From sequence record DRR723986_3145: 53,304 nt of DNA; one strand, written 5' to 3'. Positions 1 through 9,103 of the stretch are shown one piece after another (the first letter of the stretch is position 1; every line of letters begins with the position of its first letter). The notes beneath the pieces are model-generated. The model did no database searches, was not told where the DNA came from, and worked only from the letters and a program-made list of their open reading frames with translations. The translations under genes and the position numbers were made by a program.

Positions 1-60
1 ATCCACGTCGGGTTCGACAAATCGGCAGGAATGCCAGCCCCACCCTCGAGGTAAGACAGC

Positions 61-315
61 ATGGAGAAAATGGAATTTACTGCCGACGAAAAGCGGGAAC
101 TGGTCGACAGGATAAAACGCTACCTGGCGGACGAGCTGGACCTCGAGGTCGGTAGTTTCGATGCTGAATTCCTGCTGGATTTCGTCACAAACGAACTGGG
201 CGCCTACTTCTACAATCGCGGGCTATACGATGCCCAGGCACTGTTTGCCCAGAAGGTCGATGAAATCGCCGACGCCGTCTACGAACTGGAACGACCGACC
301 GGATTCAGGAACTGA
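61..315 (+). CDS. DUF2164 family protein
   Basis: 84 aa; family-typical FDAEFLLDF...GAYFYNRGLYDA motif; GAGG RBS upstream. Confidence 0.85.
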   Translation: MEKMEFTADEKRELVDRIKRYLADELDLEVGSFDAEFLLDFVTNELGAYFYNRGLYDAQALFAQKVDEIADAVYELERPTGFRN

Positions 316-348
316 CCTCGGGACGCCACGGCGACACCCCGGAACCAC

Positions 349-2478
349 TCAGGCAAGCTCCCTCCGGAACGGCGGCAGGGAGTCGAGAATCGCCCGGCCG
401 TAGCGACGGGTCACAATCCGCCGATCCAGCAGGGTCACGCGACCGCTGTCCTGCTCGGTACGCAATAAACGCCCACTGGCCTGCAACAGGCGCAGGGCGG
501 CGTCAGGTACGCTGATCTCCATGAAGGCATTGCGGCCCTCGGCCTCCACCCATTCCGCCAGCGCGGCTTCCAGCGGGCTGTCGGGCACGGCGAAGGGAAT
601 CTTGGCGATCACCACATGGCGGCAATAGTCACCGGGCAAGTCGACCCCCTCGGCGAAACTCGCCAGGCCGAAAATCACGCTGCCCAGCCCGGCATCGATC
701 GCCTCCCGGTGGCGCCGCAGAATCTCCTGCTTGCTGTGGTCGCCCTGCATCAGCGGTTCGGTGCCCAGTTCACCCTTGAGTCCCAGGAACACGTCGAGCA
801 TTTGCTTACGCGACGAAAACAGCACCAGGCTGCCTTCACCCTGGTCCAGCAGGTCGGGCAGGAGCTTGATGATGGCCTCCGTGTGCGCCATCGCATTGCC
901 CGGGTCGCAGTCCATGGCCGGCACTGAAAATGTGGCATTGCCGTAATCAAAAGGACTGGCGACAACCTTATAGTTACCGTCGCGCGGCGACCCTGCATGC
1001 AGGATGAATCGCTCGAAGCTGTTCAGCGCCGTGAGCGTAGCCGAGGTGACGATGACCCCCGCCGCGCGTGACCAGAGGGTTTCCTCGAGAATGTCGCGGG
1101 CGAGAATCGGGCTGCAGCGCAGGTCATAACCAAACTGGCCGTTACTGTTGAGCAGGGTTATCCAGCGGGCATGGGGCGGCTGTTCGTCCGCGCTCTGGCT
1201 GGCGTAGGCCTGCCACAGGGCCAGCGTGCTTTCCGCGCGACCCACCATTGCGCCGATGTTAAGGTGCCAGGTCTCGATCTCCTCGCGGCTGATGCTCTGG
1301 AAATCGTCCTCCAGGGCGTCCTCCAGCTGGCTTTCGATTCGCGCCAGGCTGCCGGCGATCGTCTGGAACACGCCGGCCAGCGCCGCTGCCACCGGTACCA
1401 GCTCATCCGGCACCCTGCCATGCTCGAAGCGCAGCACCTGGTCGTCCCGGCGGTCATCGAATTCCAGGGTCTCGAACAGGCCCGACACCACCTGCTCGGC
1501 GACCTGCAGGGCATCAGCCGCCTGCTCCATTTCAGCCGGCAGCAGTTCCAGCGGGCGCTGCAGACCGTGCATCCCACCCAGCACCGGGGCCGCCTGGGCC
1601 AGCAGCTTGCGACTGTCCTGCAACCACTGCACGGTGGTGTGAATCCGGCAGAAGCTGGCAAAGTGCGACAGGGCCTTATCCGGCAGGTGGTGACCCTCGT
1701 CAAAAATGTAGATGCTTTCCTCCGGCGGTGACAGGATCGCTCCACCACCAAGAGCCAGGTCCGACAGCACCAGGTCGTGGTTGGTTACGATAATGTCCGC
1801 CGTTTGCAGCGCGTCCCGGGCACGGTAGAAGCTGCACTGACCGATGTTCGGGCACCGGCGACCGCTGCACTGGCTGTGATCGGTGGTGACATTGAACCAG
1901 ATCGCATCGTCGACTGTGTCGGGCCAGTTGTCCCGGTCGCCGTCCCACTGGCCGCGGCCCAGGGCGTCTATCATGGCGTTATACACCGGCATGGCGTCTT
2001 CAGCCGAGGTCGCGGCCTGCAGCTCGTCCGGATACATCGGCAGCAGGCTGGTCTCGCCCTGACCCTCCGCGAGGTGGCGATCGAGCTTGGACAGGCAGAT
2101 ATAGCGCCGGCGTCCCTTTGCCAGCACGAAATCGAACTCCAGGCCGCTGTGTTCGCGGATGTCAGGCAGGTCCTTGTTAACGAACTGCTCCTGCAGTGCC
2201 ACCGTAGCCGTGGCGACCACCAGCCGTTTCCCCAGTGCCAGCGCCATGGGAATGGCTGATACCGCATAGGCGATGGTCTTGCCGGTACCGGTCCCCGCCT
2301 CGATGACACAGACGGCAGGGCCATCCGCTGCCTCGCTATCAGCGCCGGGAATGCGGGCCAGGGTGTTGGCAATCTCAGCGATCATCTGGCGCTGGCCCCA
2401 GCGCGGACTGAGGCCCTTGCGCTCCATGATGGCAGCGTAGGCGTCGCGAATCCGATCCTTGAGCGAGTCGCTCAGCAA
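349..2478 (-). CDS. dinG: ATP-dependent DNA helicase DinG (Fe-S)
   Basis: Q motif RWGQRQM, Walker A EAGTGTGKT, DEGHH, four Fe-S Cys (YIC...QCSGRRCPNIGQC), QASGRLLR. Confidence 0.95.
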   Translation of the reverse strand: MLSDSLKDRIRDAYAAIMERKGLSPRWGQRQMIAEIANTLARIPGADSEAADGPAVCVIEAGTGTGKTIAYAVSAIPMALALGKRLVVATATVALQEQFVNKDLPDIREHSGLEFDFVLAKGRRRYICLSKLDRHLAEGQGETSLLPMYPDELQAATSAEDAMPVYNAMIDALGRGQWDGDRDNWPDTVDDAIWFNVTTDHSQCSGRRCPNIGQCSFYRARDALQTADIIVTNHDLVLSDLALGGGAILSPPEESIYIFDEGHHLPDKALSHFASFCRIHTTVQWLQDSRKLLAQAAPVLGGMHGLQRPLELLPAEMEQAADALQVAEQVVSGLFETLEFDDRRDDQVLRFEHGRVPDELVPVAAALAGVFQTIAGSLARIESQLEDALEDDFQSISREEIETWHLNIGAMVGRAESTLALWQAYASQSADEQPPHARWITLLNSNGQFGYDLRCSPILARDILEETLWSRAAGVIVTSATLTALNSFERFILHAGSPRDGNYKVVASPFDYGNATFSVPAMDCDPGNAMAHTEAIIKLLPDLLDQGEGSLVLFSSRKQMLDVFLGLKGELGTEPLMQGDHSKQEILRRHREAIDAGLGSVIFGLASFAEGVDLPGDYCRHVVIAKIPFAVPDSPLEAALAEWVEAEGRNAFMEISVPDAALRLLQASGRLLRTEQDSGRVTLLDRRIVTRRYGRAILDSLPPFRRELA

Positions 2479-3638
2479 GGGCTGGCAGGCCTGTTCAGCA
2501 GCGCGAGCTTGCTGTTGACCGAGTTGGCGTAAATATCCAGGGCGTAGGGGCGATGGGCCAGCGGCAACGCATCAATGCGCGCCTCAAAGGCTTCGCGACT
2601 GGTATCGCCGGCCTCCGCGTAGAGCGTATCGGGCAAGGCCTCGGCGCGACTCTCGTTGCGCATCTCCCAGGCGTACAGATTGGTCGGATGCAGGCAAAAA
2701 CCACGGATGATCTGCCGGTCCACCTCCCTGGCGACCTCATCAGCGGTCTCAAACTCAGCGCCGAGGGGGGTGCCGAAAGAGACATGCACCCGGCCCTTGG
2801 TTCCGGCGATACCGCGGGCGATGGAGGCCACATCCTCCTGCTCACCCTTCTGGTAGCTGCCGTCAACCGCGCGCTGGTACAACTCGCGCGCCTTGAGGCC
2901 ATCACAGGGATCCAGTTCATAGGAAATGGCCACCGGCACGATACCGAGACTGGCAATGTGCGCGCCAAAACTGTCCCGTGCCTTGTCGCGACTCATGGAG
3001 AGCATCTTGATCACCGCCGGTTCGGTGCGATCAATCCCATCCTTGGCCCGCCCTTCGCGCTGGGCGATCCAGATCGGCGCCTGCTCTTCGGTCAGGGAAA
3101 AATGGATATAGTTGGCCAGATTCTTCGATGCGGCCAGCAACTCCCGCGGCCCGCTGACCGAGCGCTTGACGATAAAGCTCTTGTTCAGCCGCATCAGGTC
3201 GGACACCCAGGGCTTGGTCAGCAGATTGTCGCCAATCGCGATGCGCACGGTCTGGTGACCGCCGCAATGCAGCGCATAATTGGTGAACGCCGGGTCCATC
3301 GCAATGTCCCGGTGATTACTCATGAACAGGTAGGGGCGCCGGGCATCGAGCTGCTCGAGGCCGGAAACGGTAAAGCCGCCCGTCGTATCCTCGATCATGC
3401 GCTCGACATAGGCCTTGATGACCATCTGCATACCGTGGATGTCGGTGACGCCCCGGAGTTGGCGGGCCAGCACGCGGCGCACCACGGGGCGCCACAGGCC
3501 GGGCATAACGCCGGCCAGGGAGCCCAGCCGCAGCCGGGCAATCGCAGCCAGGAGTTCAGGGTCGCGCAGCAGTCGTGCCAGCACCTCGGAGACTTCGTCA
3601 TCACGGTAGGGGCGAATGTCTGCGAAGGGGTCGCTCAA
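2472..3638 (-). CDS. Glycerolipid acyltransferase (PlsC-like domain)
   Basis: NHRDIAMD (HxxxxD) and AQREGRAKDG motifs; TTG start after GGAG (start approximate); overlaps dinG start. Confidence 0.88.
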   Translation of the reverse strand: MSDPFADIRPYRDDEVSEVLARLLRDPELLAAIARLRLGSLAGVMPGLWRPVVRRVLARQLRGVTDIHGMQMVIKAYVERMIEDTTGGFTVSGLEQLDARRPYLFMSNHRDIAMDPAFTNYALHCGGHQTVRIAIGDNLLTKPWVSDLMRLNKSFIVKRSVSGPRELLAASKNLANYIHFSLTEEQAPIWIAQREGRAKDGIDRTEPAVIKMLSMSRDKARDSFGAHIASLGIVPVAISYELDPCDGLKARELYQRAVDGSYQKGEQEDVASIARGIAGTKGRVHVSFGTPLGAEFETADEVAREVDRQIIRGFCLHPTNLYAWEMRNESRAEALPDTLYAEAGDTSREAFEARIDALPLAHRPYALDIYANSVNSKLALLNRPASPC

Positions 3639-3790
3639 GCGGCACTCCAAGGGGTTAAAAGGCGCCTCACCTTACCCAAAATCCCCAGCCGCGTCATCAG
3701 GGATAAACGTTCACAAACGCTGACGCCGACCGCGCATTTTGCTAATCTGCAGCCGCTTTCCGAAATGAGCGTTGCCAAGGGGGAAATTAG

Positions 3791-4015
3791 ATGGACGCAA
3801 CGAGCGCGACAATGACCACCTTCGGTGCGGCAACCCTGCTGATAAGCTGGGTTCTGCTCCTGATTGTGTCCTGGAAGGAGGACTATAGCTGGGGTCTGTG
3901 CACCTTACTGTTACCGCCCTTTTCCTACCTCTATGCCCTGTTCCGGCTGGACAAGGCGGGCCAGAGCCTGCTGCTCGCCCTGGTCGGCTGGGTGCTCATC
4001 TGGCTGGGCTGGTAG
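3791..4015 (+). CDS. Small membrane protein, hypothetical
   Basis: 74 aa, three hydrophobic segments, WG...LLPP motif; purine-rich RBS. Confidence 0.7.
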   Translation: MDATSATMTTFGAATLLISWVLLLIVSWKEDYSWGLCTLLLPPFSYLYALFRLDKAGQSLLLALVGWVLIWLGW

Positions 4016-4140
4016 CCCGAACTCGAGGCCGGGGCCACGCATTACCAATTTTTAATGTTGCCCCCGGCCACCGCCTCTCGAGGATATTAATCCTTTTAAA
4101 TCATAGTCTTATATCACACCCACAAGCCTCTTCACCGGCT

Positions 4141-4178
4141 TGTTACGGTTTTACCCAAAACCTTACAAATCCGTAACA
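4141..4178. promoter_or_regulatory. Inverted repeat, probable transcription-factor site
   Basis: TGTTACGGTTTT...AAATCCGTAACA (11/12 arm match) in an AT-rich spacer; TATACT -10-like hexamer at 4202-4207. Confidence 0.5.
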
Positions 4179-4280
4179 CTCAATGGGTCGTACATCGACC
4201 GTATACTGGCGGCTGCCATTCCGGCGGCCAAAAAAAACCATAAGCCGGGTTACACCACAGCAACCATTGAGGAAGTGAAC

Positions 4281-4547
4281 ATGAACAGCACCAAATTGAT
4301 CATCGCCGGCGCCCTGCTGGTCACATCGGCCGCCAGCTTTGCCGCCAAGCCCACCAGCATCGCCCACCAGAGCAGCGGCGAAACCAGTGACGGCACCCCC
4401 TACGACACCTATGCGGTCAAGTGTTCCGATGGCAAGAAAGCGGAGCTGACTGCCTGGGACAACCGTCGCAAGTGGTGCGTCGGTGACAGCACCAGCACCG
4501 AGTGCGAGAAGAAGCAGATCAAGGCCGCGAAAGCCGCCTGCAAGTAA
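4281..4547 (+). CDS. Small secreted 4-Cys protein, hypothetical
   Basis: GAGGA RBS; signal peptide MNSTKLIIAGALLVTSAASFA; 4 Cys in mature part; followed by terminator. Confidence 0.85.
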   Translation: MNSTKLIIAGALLVTSAASFAAKPTSIAHQSSGETSDGTPYDTYAVKCSDGKKAELTAWDNRRKWCVGDSTSTECEKKQIKAAKAACK

Positions 4548-4577
4548 TCTCCACCGGGTCCTGACCCGGCATCAAAC

Positions 4578-4604
4578 AACCGCGGCCGAGCCGCGGTTTT
4601 TTTT
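4578..4604 (+). terminator. Rho-independent terminator
   Basis: AACCGCGGC-CGA-GCCGCGGTT hairpin running into a T8 tract. Confidence 0.85.
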
Positions 4605-4612
4605 GGCCGGTC

Positions 4613-5608
4613 TCAGGCGGTGGGCTGGAGGTAACGGCGCTGCAGTTCCGCCAGCTCCGCCGGGCCCACCCCGAGGGCCTGCTCAAGGTAATCCGCCACC
4701 GAGGCATGACCATCGTCGATCGAATCCAGCGCCTGCGCGAGATAGTCCTCGTGGACTTCCAGCATGGGCAACACGGCATCGGCCGGCAGGCTCTCCATAC
4801 CGTACTTCTGTTGTAGCCGGGCGATTTCGGCATCCGGCAGGTAGAACTGCCGGGTGAGCAGGTAATCCCGCATCACAACATCCCTCGGCACCCCTAGTGC
4901 GAGCAGGATAATGGCCGCTGCAAAGCCGGTGCGGTCCTTGCCTGCGGCGCAGTGCACCAGCAAACGCGCGTCCTCAAGTGCCAGGATTTCCTCGAACATC
5001 CGGGCGTAGGTCGCGTTCTGGGCCTCGGCGAAATCGCGGTTGATATGCACCATGAAATCGAACATGGCATCTCGGCTGCCAATACCGCTGTCGGCCTGCT
5101 CGAAAAAGCTCGCATTGCTGCCAGGCGTGATGGGCAGGCTGGCGACCCGGGGCGGACGGCGCTGGGGCAGGCGGCTTGGTTCATTCTGCTGTTCGTCGAC
5201 CCGCCTGAAATCACACACCAGGTCGATGTCGAGCGCGTCCAGCACCTCGAGATCGCGCTCCGACAGTCTTGCCAGCTGGCCGGAGCGGTACAGGTAGCCC
5301 CACTTCACCTGGCGTCCGTCTGCGGTCGTGTAACCGCCGAAGTCGCGGAAGTTGGGTGAGCCCTGCAAACCCAGTCGCCGCTCCGAAACCAGCGCCTCGT
5401 TGCCGTGCTGGTCGCGCAGGCGAAAATAGTGCCGGCCTACGTGCGGCAAGCCGGTCACCCGGGCTTTCCCGGGGGCGTAATCAACCTGCGCGCTGGCAGA
5501 CAAGGGCTCGACCGCTACCCGGGTTTGCGGGTGGCTGGCCTGCCATTCAATATGATGCTCACCATCTGGCTCGCGCCAGACATGAACGGAATCGGGTATC
5601 AGGGGCAT
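4613..5608 (-). CDS. Tyrosine/dual-specificity (lipid) phosphatase, PtpB/LipA-like
   Basis: NFRDFGGY, YRSG, P-loop HCAAGKDRTG, DYLLT. Confidence 0.9.
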   Translation of the reverse strand: MPLIPDSVHVWREPDGEHHIEWQASHPQTRVAVEPLSASAQVDYAPGKARVTGLPHVGRHYFRLRDQHGNEALVSERRLGLQGSPNFRDFGGYTTADGRQVKWGYLYRSGQLARLSERDLEVLDALDIDLVCDFRRVDEQQNEPSRLPQRRPPRVASLPITPGSNASFFEQADSGIGSRDAMFDFMVHINRDFAEAQNATYARMFEEILALEDARLLVHCAAGKDRTGFAAAIILLALGVPRDVVMRDYLLTRQFYLPDAEIARLQQKYGMESLPADAVLPMLEVHEDYLAQALDSIDDGHASVADYLEQALGVGPAELAELQRRYLQPTA

Positions 5609-5655
5609 AACATCACTCTACTGGATTTGCGGCACTGATGGCGCTCGCAGGGGGG

Positions 5656-6312
5656 TCAGTGGCCGCGGTAATCGAACACGGCCTGTAACAGGGTCTTGAT
5701 CAGGGTCAGCTGGTTTTCCAGGGCGTCCTCACTGAACGGATCCTGGCCCAGCAAATCACGGTACATCGGCGCCATGGTCACATAGGACATGGTCAGGTTG
5801 TTGAAGGCCATGACCGCCCAGGGCTGCAGGCCGGCATTTCCCAATACCGGGAACGATGCGCCGTCGATCTCTGCCTGGGGATTAAACATCGGCTTGAAAT
5901 AGCGGTCTATCAGCGCTCGCGTCTGGGGACCGCCCGACAGGGCGGCGTGCTGCAGCAATCGGGCGAGGTTCGGCTTGGCGTGATGCTTGCGGACAATCGC
6001 GTCCAGCCAGGCGAAAAGCCGCTCCTGGGTGATCGGGCCGCTATTCAGCTCATCGGTGGGGACGGTGAAATCATCCAGCAAGCGCTCCAGCACCGCCGTG
6101 TACAGCGCCTCCTTGTTGCGAAAGTGGTTATAGAGGCTGGGTGAGCGGATGCCTACCCGGTCTGCCACCTCACCGAGGGAGGTCGCGCTATACCCTTTCT
6201 TGGCAAACAGGTCTTCGGCGGCGTCCAGGACCCGCTCGGCGGTCGGCCGGCTGCCGGCGTCGGCATCAGCTTCGGCCCCGGTGGTGTCTGCTGTCAGGCT
6301 GGATTCGGTCAC
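5656..6312 (-). CDS. TetR/AcrR family regulator
   Basis: N-terminal HTH GYSATSLGEVADRVGIRSPSLYNHFRNKEAL. Confidence 0.92.
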   Translation of the reverse strand: MTESSLTADTTGAEADADAGSRPTAERVLDAAEDLFAKKGYSATSLGEVADRVGIRSPSLYNHFRNKEALYTAVLERLLDDFTVPTDELNSGPITQERLFAWLDAIVRKHHAKPNLARLLQHAALSGGPQTRALIDRYFKPMFNPQAEIDGASFPVLGNAGLQPWAVMAFNNLTMSYVTMAPMYRDLLGQDPFSEDALENQLTLIKTLLQAVFDYRGH

Positions 6313-6329
6313 AGGCTACATTAATAATG

Positions 6330-6345
6330 ACTAATAGGCGTTAGT
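6330..6345. promoter_or_regulatory. Probable TetR operator
   Basis: Palindrome ACTAA-N6-TTAGT in the divergent spacer, overlapping a minus-strand TATACT (6343-6348). Confidence 0.55.
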
Positions 6346-6404
6346 ATACCCCAGGGTCCAGCCTGGATTAAGCCACAACACGACATCCGCCGAAGGGGAT
6401 ACCG

Positions 6405-6836
6405 ATGAGCCACGACCGCGCAATCAGCAATCTGCTGTTCGACTATGCCCGCCGGATCGACGCCGGCGATTTCGACGGCGTGGCGGAATTGTTCCGCCAC
6501 GGGCGCATCTGCACCCCGCAGGGCGACGTGGTCGGCTACGACGCGGTACTGGCCATGTACCGCCAGTCGACCCGCCTGTACGAGGATGGCACCCCCCGGA
6601 CCCGGCATATCACCAGCAACCTGGCGATCACCATCGACGGCGCGCAGGCCCGCTGCGACAGCTACTTCACTGTGCTGCAGGCGCTGCCGGACTTTCCCCT
6701 GCAAACGATTATCAGCGGCCGCTACGAGGATGAACTGACCCTGGTCCAGGACCAGTGGCAATTCAGCTGCCGCCGCATGTATCCCGACCTGCTCGGAGAC
6801 CTGAGCCGGCATCTGTTGTTTGAGCTGACGAACTGA
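6405..6836 (+). CDS. NTF2-like/SnoaL-like protein
   Basis: YARRIDAGDFDG, TRHITSN, GRYEDEL...WQFS pattern. Confidence 0.88.
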   Translation: MSHDRAISNLLFDYARRIDAGDFDGVAELFRHGRICTPQGDVVGYDAVLAMYRQSTRLYEDGTPRTRHITSNLAITIDGAQARCDSYFTVLQALPDFPLQTIISGRYEDELTLVQDQWQFSCRRMYPDLLGDLSRHLLFELTN

Positions 6837-6930
6837 CAGCCGGCGAACCGACTTCACAGCACCGGCTTTCGACCCTAAGCTAGACGCCGAAAACCGGCGC
6901 TGCCGGGTAACGCAACAACAGGAGACCAGG

Positions 6931-7335
6931 GTGGACGAACCGCGCGAACGGCAGGGCGAGATGGCCAAACCCGGCAAAAAAGGCCTGGACCGACTCGTTG
7001 CTGCTACGGTCAACTCGATGGCGGGCCTGAAAGCTGCCTGGCGCAATGAAGAGGCCTTTCGCATGGAGGCCGGGCTGGCCCTGGCTTTTGTTCCCCTGGC
7101 CTTCGTGGTTGACCAGTCCCTGGCCCACCGAATCACCCTGCTGATCGCCTGCGCCCTGGTCATCCTGGCCGAGTTACTGAACACCGCCATCGAGACCATC
7201 GTCGACCGCATCAGCACCGAGCGCAACCCGCTGTCCGGCCAGGCCAAGGACCTGGGCTCGGCGGCGGTCTTCGTCACCCTGATGCTGTTCCTGCTGGCCT
7301 GGGTTCCCAGTATCTGGCAGTGGCTGGAAAGCTAG
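6931..7335 (+). CDS. dgkA: Diacylglycerol kinase
   Basis: EEAFRME, ELLNTAIETIVDRIS, AKDLGSAAV; start either GTG 6931 (AGGAG RBS) or ATG 6961. Confidence 0.93.
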   Translation: MDEPRERQGEMAKPGKKGLDRLVAATVNSMAGLKAAWRNEEAFRMEAGLALAFVPLAFVVDQSLAHRITLLIACALVILAELLNTAIETIVDRISTERNPLSGQAKDLGSAAVFVTLMLFLLAWVPSIWQWLES

Positions 7336-7354
7336 ACAGGCCGCAGGGCTGAAG

Positions 7355-7390
7355 TTGACAAGTTAGCGGTATATGTGAATAATCGCGCCC
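7355..7390 (+). promoter_or_regulatory. Sigma70 promoter of rpsT with GC-rich discriminator
   Basis: TTGACA-17 bp-AATAAT followed by CGCGCCC. Confidence 0.8.
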
Positions 7391-7424
7391 TCTTAAATTT
7401 TGACCCCTTCCAGAGGTAAGCAAC

Positions 7425-7691
7425 GTGGCGAATTCACCACAAGCGAAGAAGCGCGCCCGACTGGGCGAAAAGCGCCGTTCACACAACGCCAGCCTGCGTT
7501 CGCTGGTACGCACCCGCATCAAGCAGGTGGTAGCGGCTATCGGCAGCGGTGACGTGGAACAGGCCAAGGCCGCCTACGCCAGCGCCGTACCGGTTATCGA
7601 CCGGATGGCCGACAAGGGCATCATCCACAAGAACAAGGCCGCACGGCACAAGAGCCGCCTCAACGCCCAGATCAAGGCCCTCGCTGCCTGA
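7425..7691 (+). CDS. rpsT: 30S ribosomal protein S20
   Basis: [12 protein letters not shown]...[16 protein letters not shown]. Confidence 0.99.
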   Translation: MANSPQAKKRARLGEKRRSHNASLRSLVRTRIKQVVAAIGSGDVEQAKAAYASAVPVIDRMADKGIIHKNKAARHKSRLNAQIKALAA

Positions 7692-7707
7692 TCCCGGTAC
7701 ACCGCCC

Positions 7708-7738
7708 AAAAAAAAGCCGGCGACTGCCGGCTTTTTTT
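7708..7738. terminator. Bidirectional rho-independent terminator
   Basis: A8-GCCGGC-GACT-GCCGGC-T7 between convergent genes. Confidence 0.92.
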
Positions 7739-7789
7739 ATACCCGCCTGACCGGCATCGAAGATCCGGCAGGCGGCTGGCTGTAAACGA

Positions 7790-8995
7790 TCAGCAGCAAC
7801 CCGCCGCCGCGGGCGCAGGCTCATCGCCCGCTTCTGCAGACTCGTGGCGCTTGTGGAACTCACCGAGCATTGACTGCTCGTAGGACTGGGCTTCCGCCGT
7901 ATCCAGCGGGCGCTCGAGATTACTCCAGTCGATATCACCGTCGGTCGCGAGATTTTCGAACTCAAGAATTCCCAGCTCCTCGAACTTCGGCCGGATCCGA
8001 TCGGTCAGCAGGCCGATCCGCTTGAGGTTCGGAATAACGCGCTGGAACAACAGGTTGCGGAACGTGGCCATCACGAAACCTTCCAGCACCTGCATGCGGG
8101 CTTCCTCGACGTCCCAGCCGAAGTGACGGAACACATCGGTCGCCACCAGCCGCTCACGGCTGATCACACAGGCCTCGTAGGCAAACTGGGCACGCTCCTC
8201 CCGCTCCTCATCAGACAGGGTCTTGATGAACTCTTCCAGGTAGTTCACGCCGAAGGTGACATGCCGCGCCTCATCCCGGGTTACCAGGTAGACCACATCT
8301 TTCAGTACCGGGTCCGGCGTGGTTTCGCGGGTGGTATTGAATGCCGACAGCGCCAGGCCCTCGATGACGATCTGCATACCGATAAATTTCATGTCCCAGC
8401 GCGGGTCGGTCAGGATCTTGTCGATGATGCTCTTCAGGTGCGTATTGATCGGGTACATCACCCCGATGCGCTGCTGCAGGTATTTGTTAAACACCTCCAC
8501 GTGACGCGCCTCGTCGAAGGTCTGTGAGCCGGCGTACAGCTTCGCGTTCAGGGTCGGCGCACAGGAACACAGCTGGGACGCGACCAGCAGAGCGCCCTGC
8601 TCACCGTGCAGAAACTGGGACAGGCTCCAGGCATTCATGTGCAGCCAGAACTCGTCCTTCTGCGATTCGGTCAGGTCCAGATAGGGCTGGTAGTTGTGCA
8701 GGTTCATCATCTCCGGAGCCCGCTCTTCGTCCGGCCAGGGGCGGTCCCAGTCGATATCCATTTCCGGATCCCAGTTGAGCTGCTTGCCCAGGTCGTAGAG
8801 TTTTTTGATCCGGTCATCCTGGATCTGGTAGTCCCAGTTGTAGGACCCAGTTAGCGGCGTCTGGAAAATCTCCGCGATGTGGTCGACCTGCTCACTGGTC
8901 AGCAGGTCCTCAAGGTCCGGGTTCTCGCGCGGGTAATCCGCCCCGGCATACTGCTGGATCTTGCGTGGTGTCTGGTCAGCCCATTGTACTTTCAC
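7790..8995 (-). CDS. Ferritin-like diiron protein (AurF-like clan)
   Basis: HGEQGAL...DEARH...IEGLAL...DEARH paired ExxH ligands; GTG start after GGAG. Confidence 0.88.
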   Translation of the reverse strand: MKVQWADQTPRKIQQYAGADYPRENPDLEDLLTSEQVDHIAEIFQTPLTGSYNWDYQIQDDRIKKLYDLGKQLNWDPEMDIDWDRPWPDEERAPEMMNLHNYQPYLDLTESQKDEFWLHMNAWSLSQFLHGEQGALLVASQLCSCAPTLNAKLYAGSQTFDEARHVEVFNKYLQQRIGVMYPINTHLKSIIDKILTDPRWDMKFIGMQIVIEGLALSAFNTTRETTPDPVLKDVVYLVTRDEARHVTFGVNYLEEFIKTLSDEEREERAQFAYEACVISRERLVATDVFRHFGWDVEEARMQVLEGFVMATFRNLLFQRVIPNLKRIGLLTDRIRPKFEELGILEFENLATDGDIDWSNLERPLDTAEAQSYEQSMLGEFHKRHESAEAGDEPAPAAAGCC

Positions 8996-9103
8996 GTGTC
9001 CACTCTCCTGATTAAGGTTCACTGTCAACATCATGGAAGCAATGGCAGGACTCAACAAGGTAAAGTCTTGTCATTATATGGTCATTTGTGGCCAAATAGG
9101 TTT

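Noticed and set aside
1-40. GGGTTCGACAAATCGGCAGG resembles a tRNA T-arm or tRNA-associated repeat
   Set aside because: No cloverleaf, acceptor stem or second copy in the window; truncated by the window edge, so it cannot be supported
7743-7792. UGA after Cys-Cys followed by a strong hairpin (possible selenocysteine/SECIS)
   Set aside because: The loop lacks the G-first pattern of bacterial SECIS, and read-through would run into the terminator and antisense rpsT; more likely a 3' stabilising hairpin
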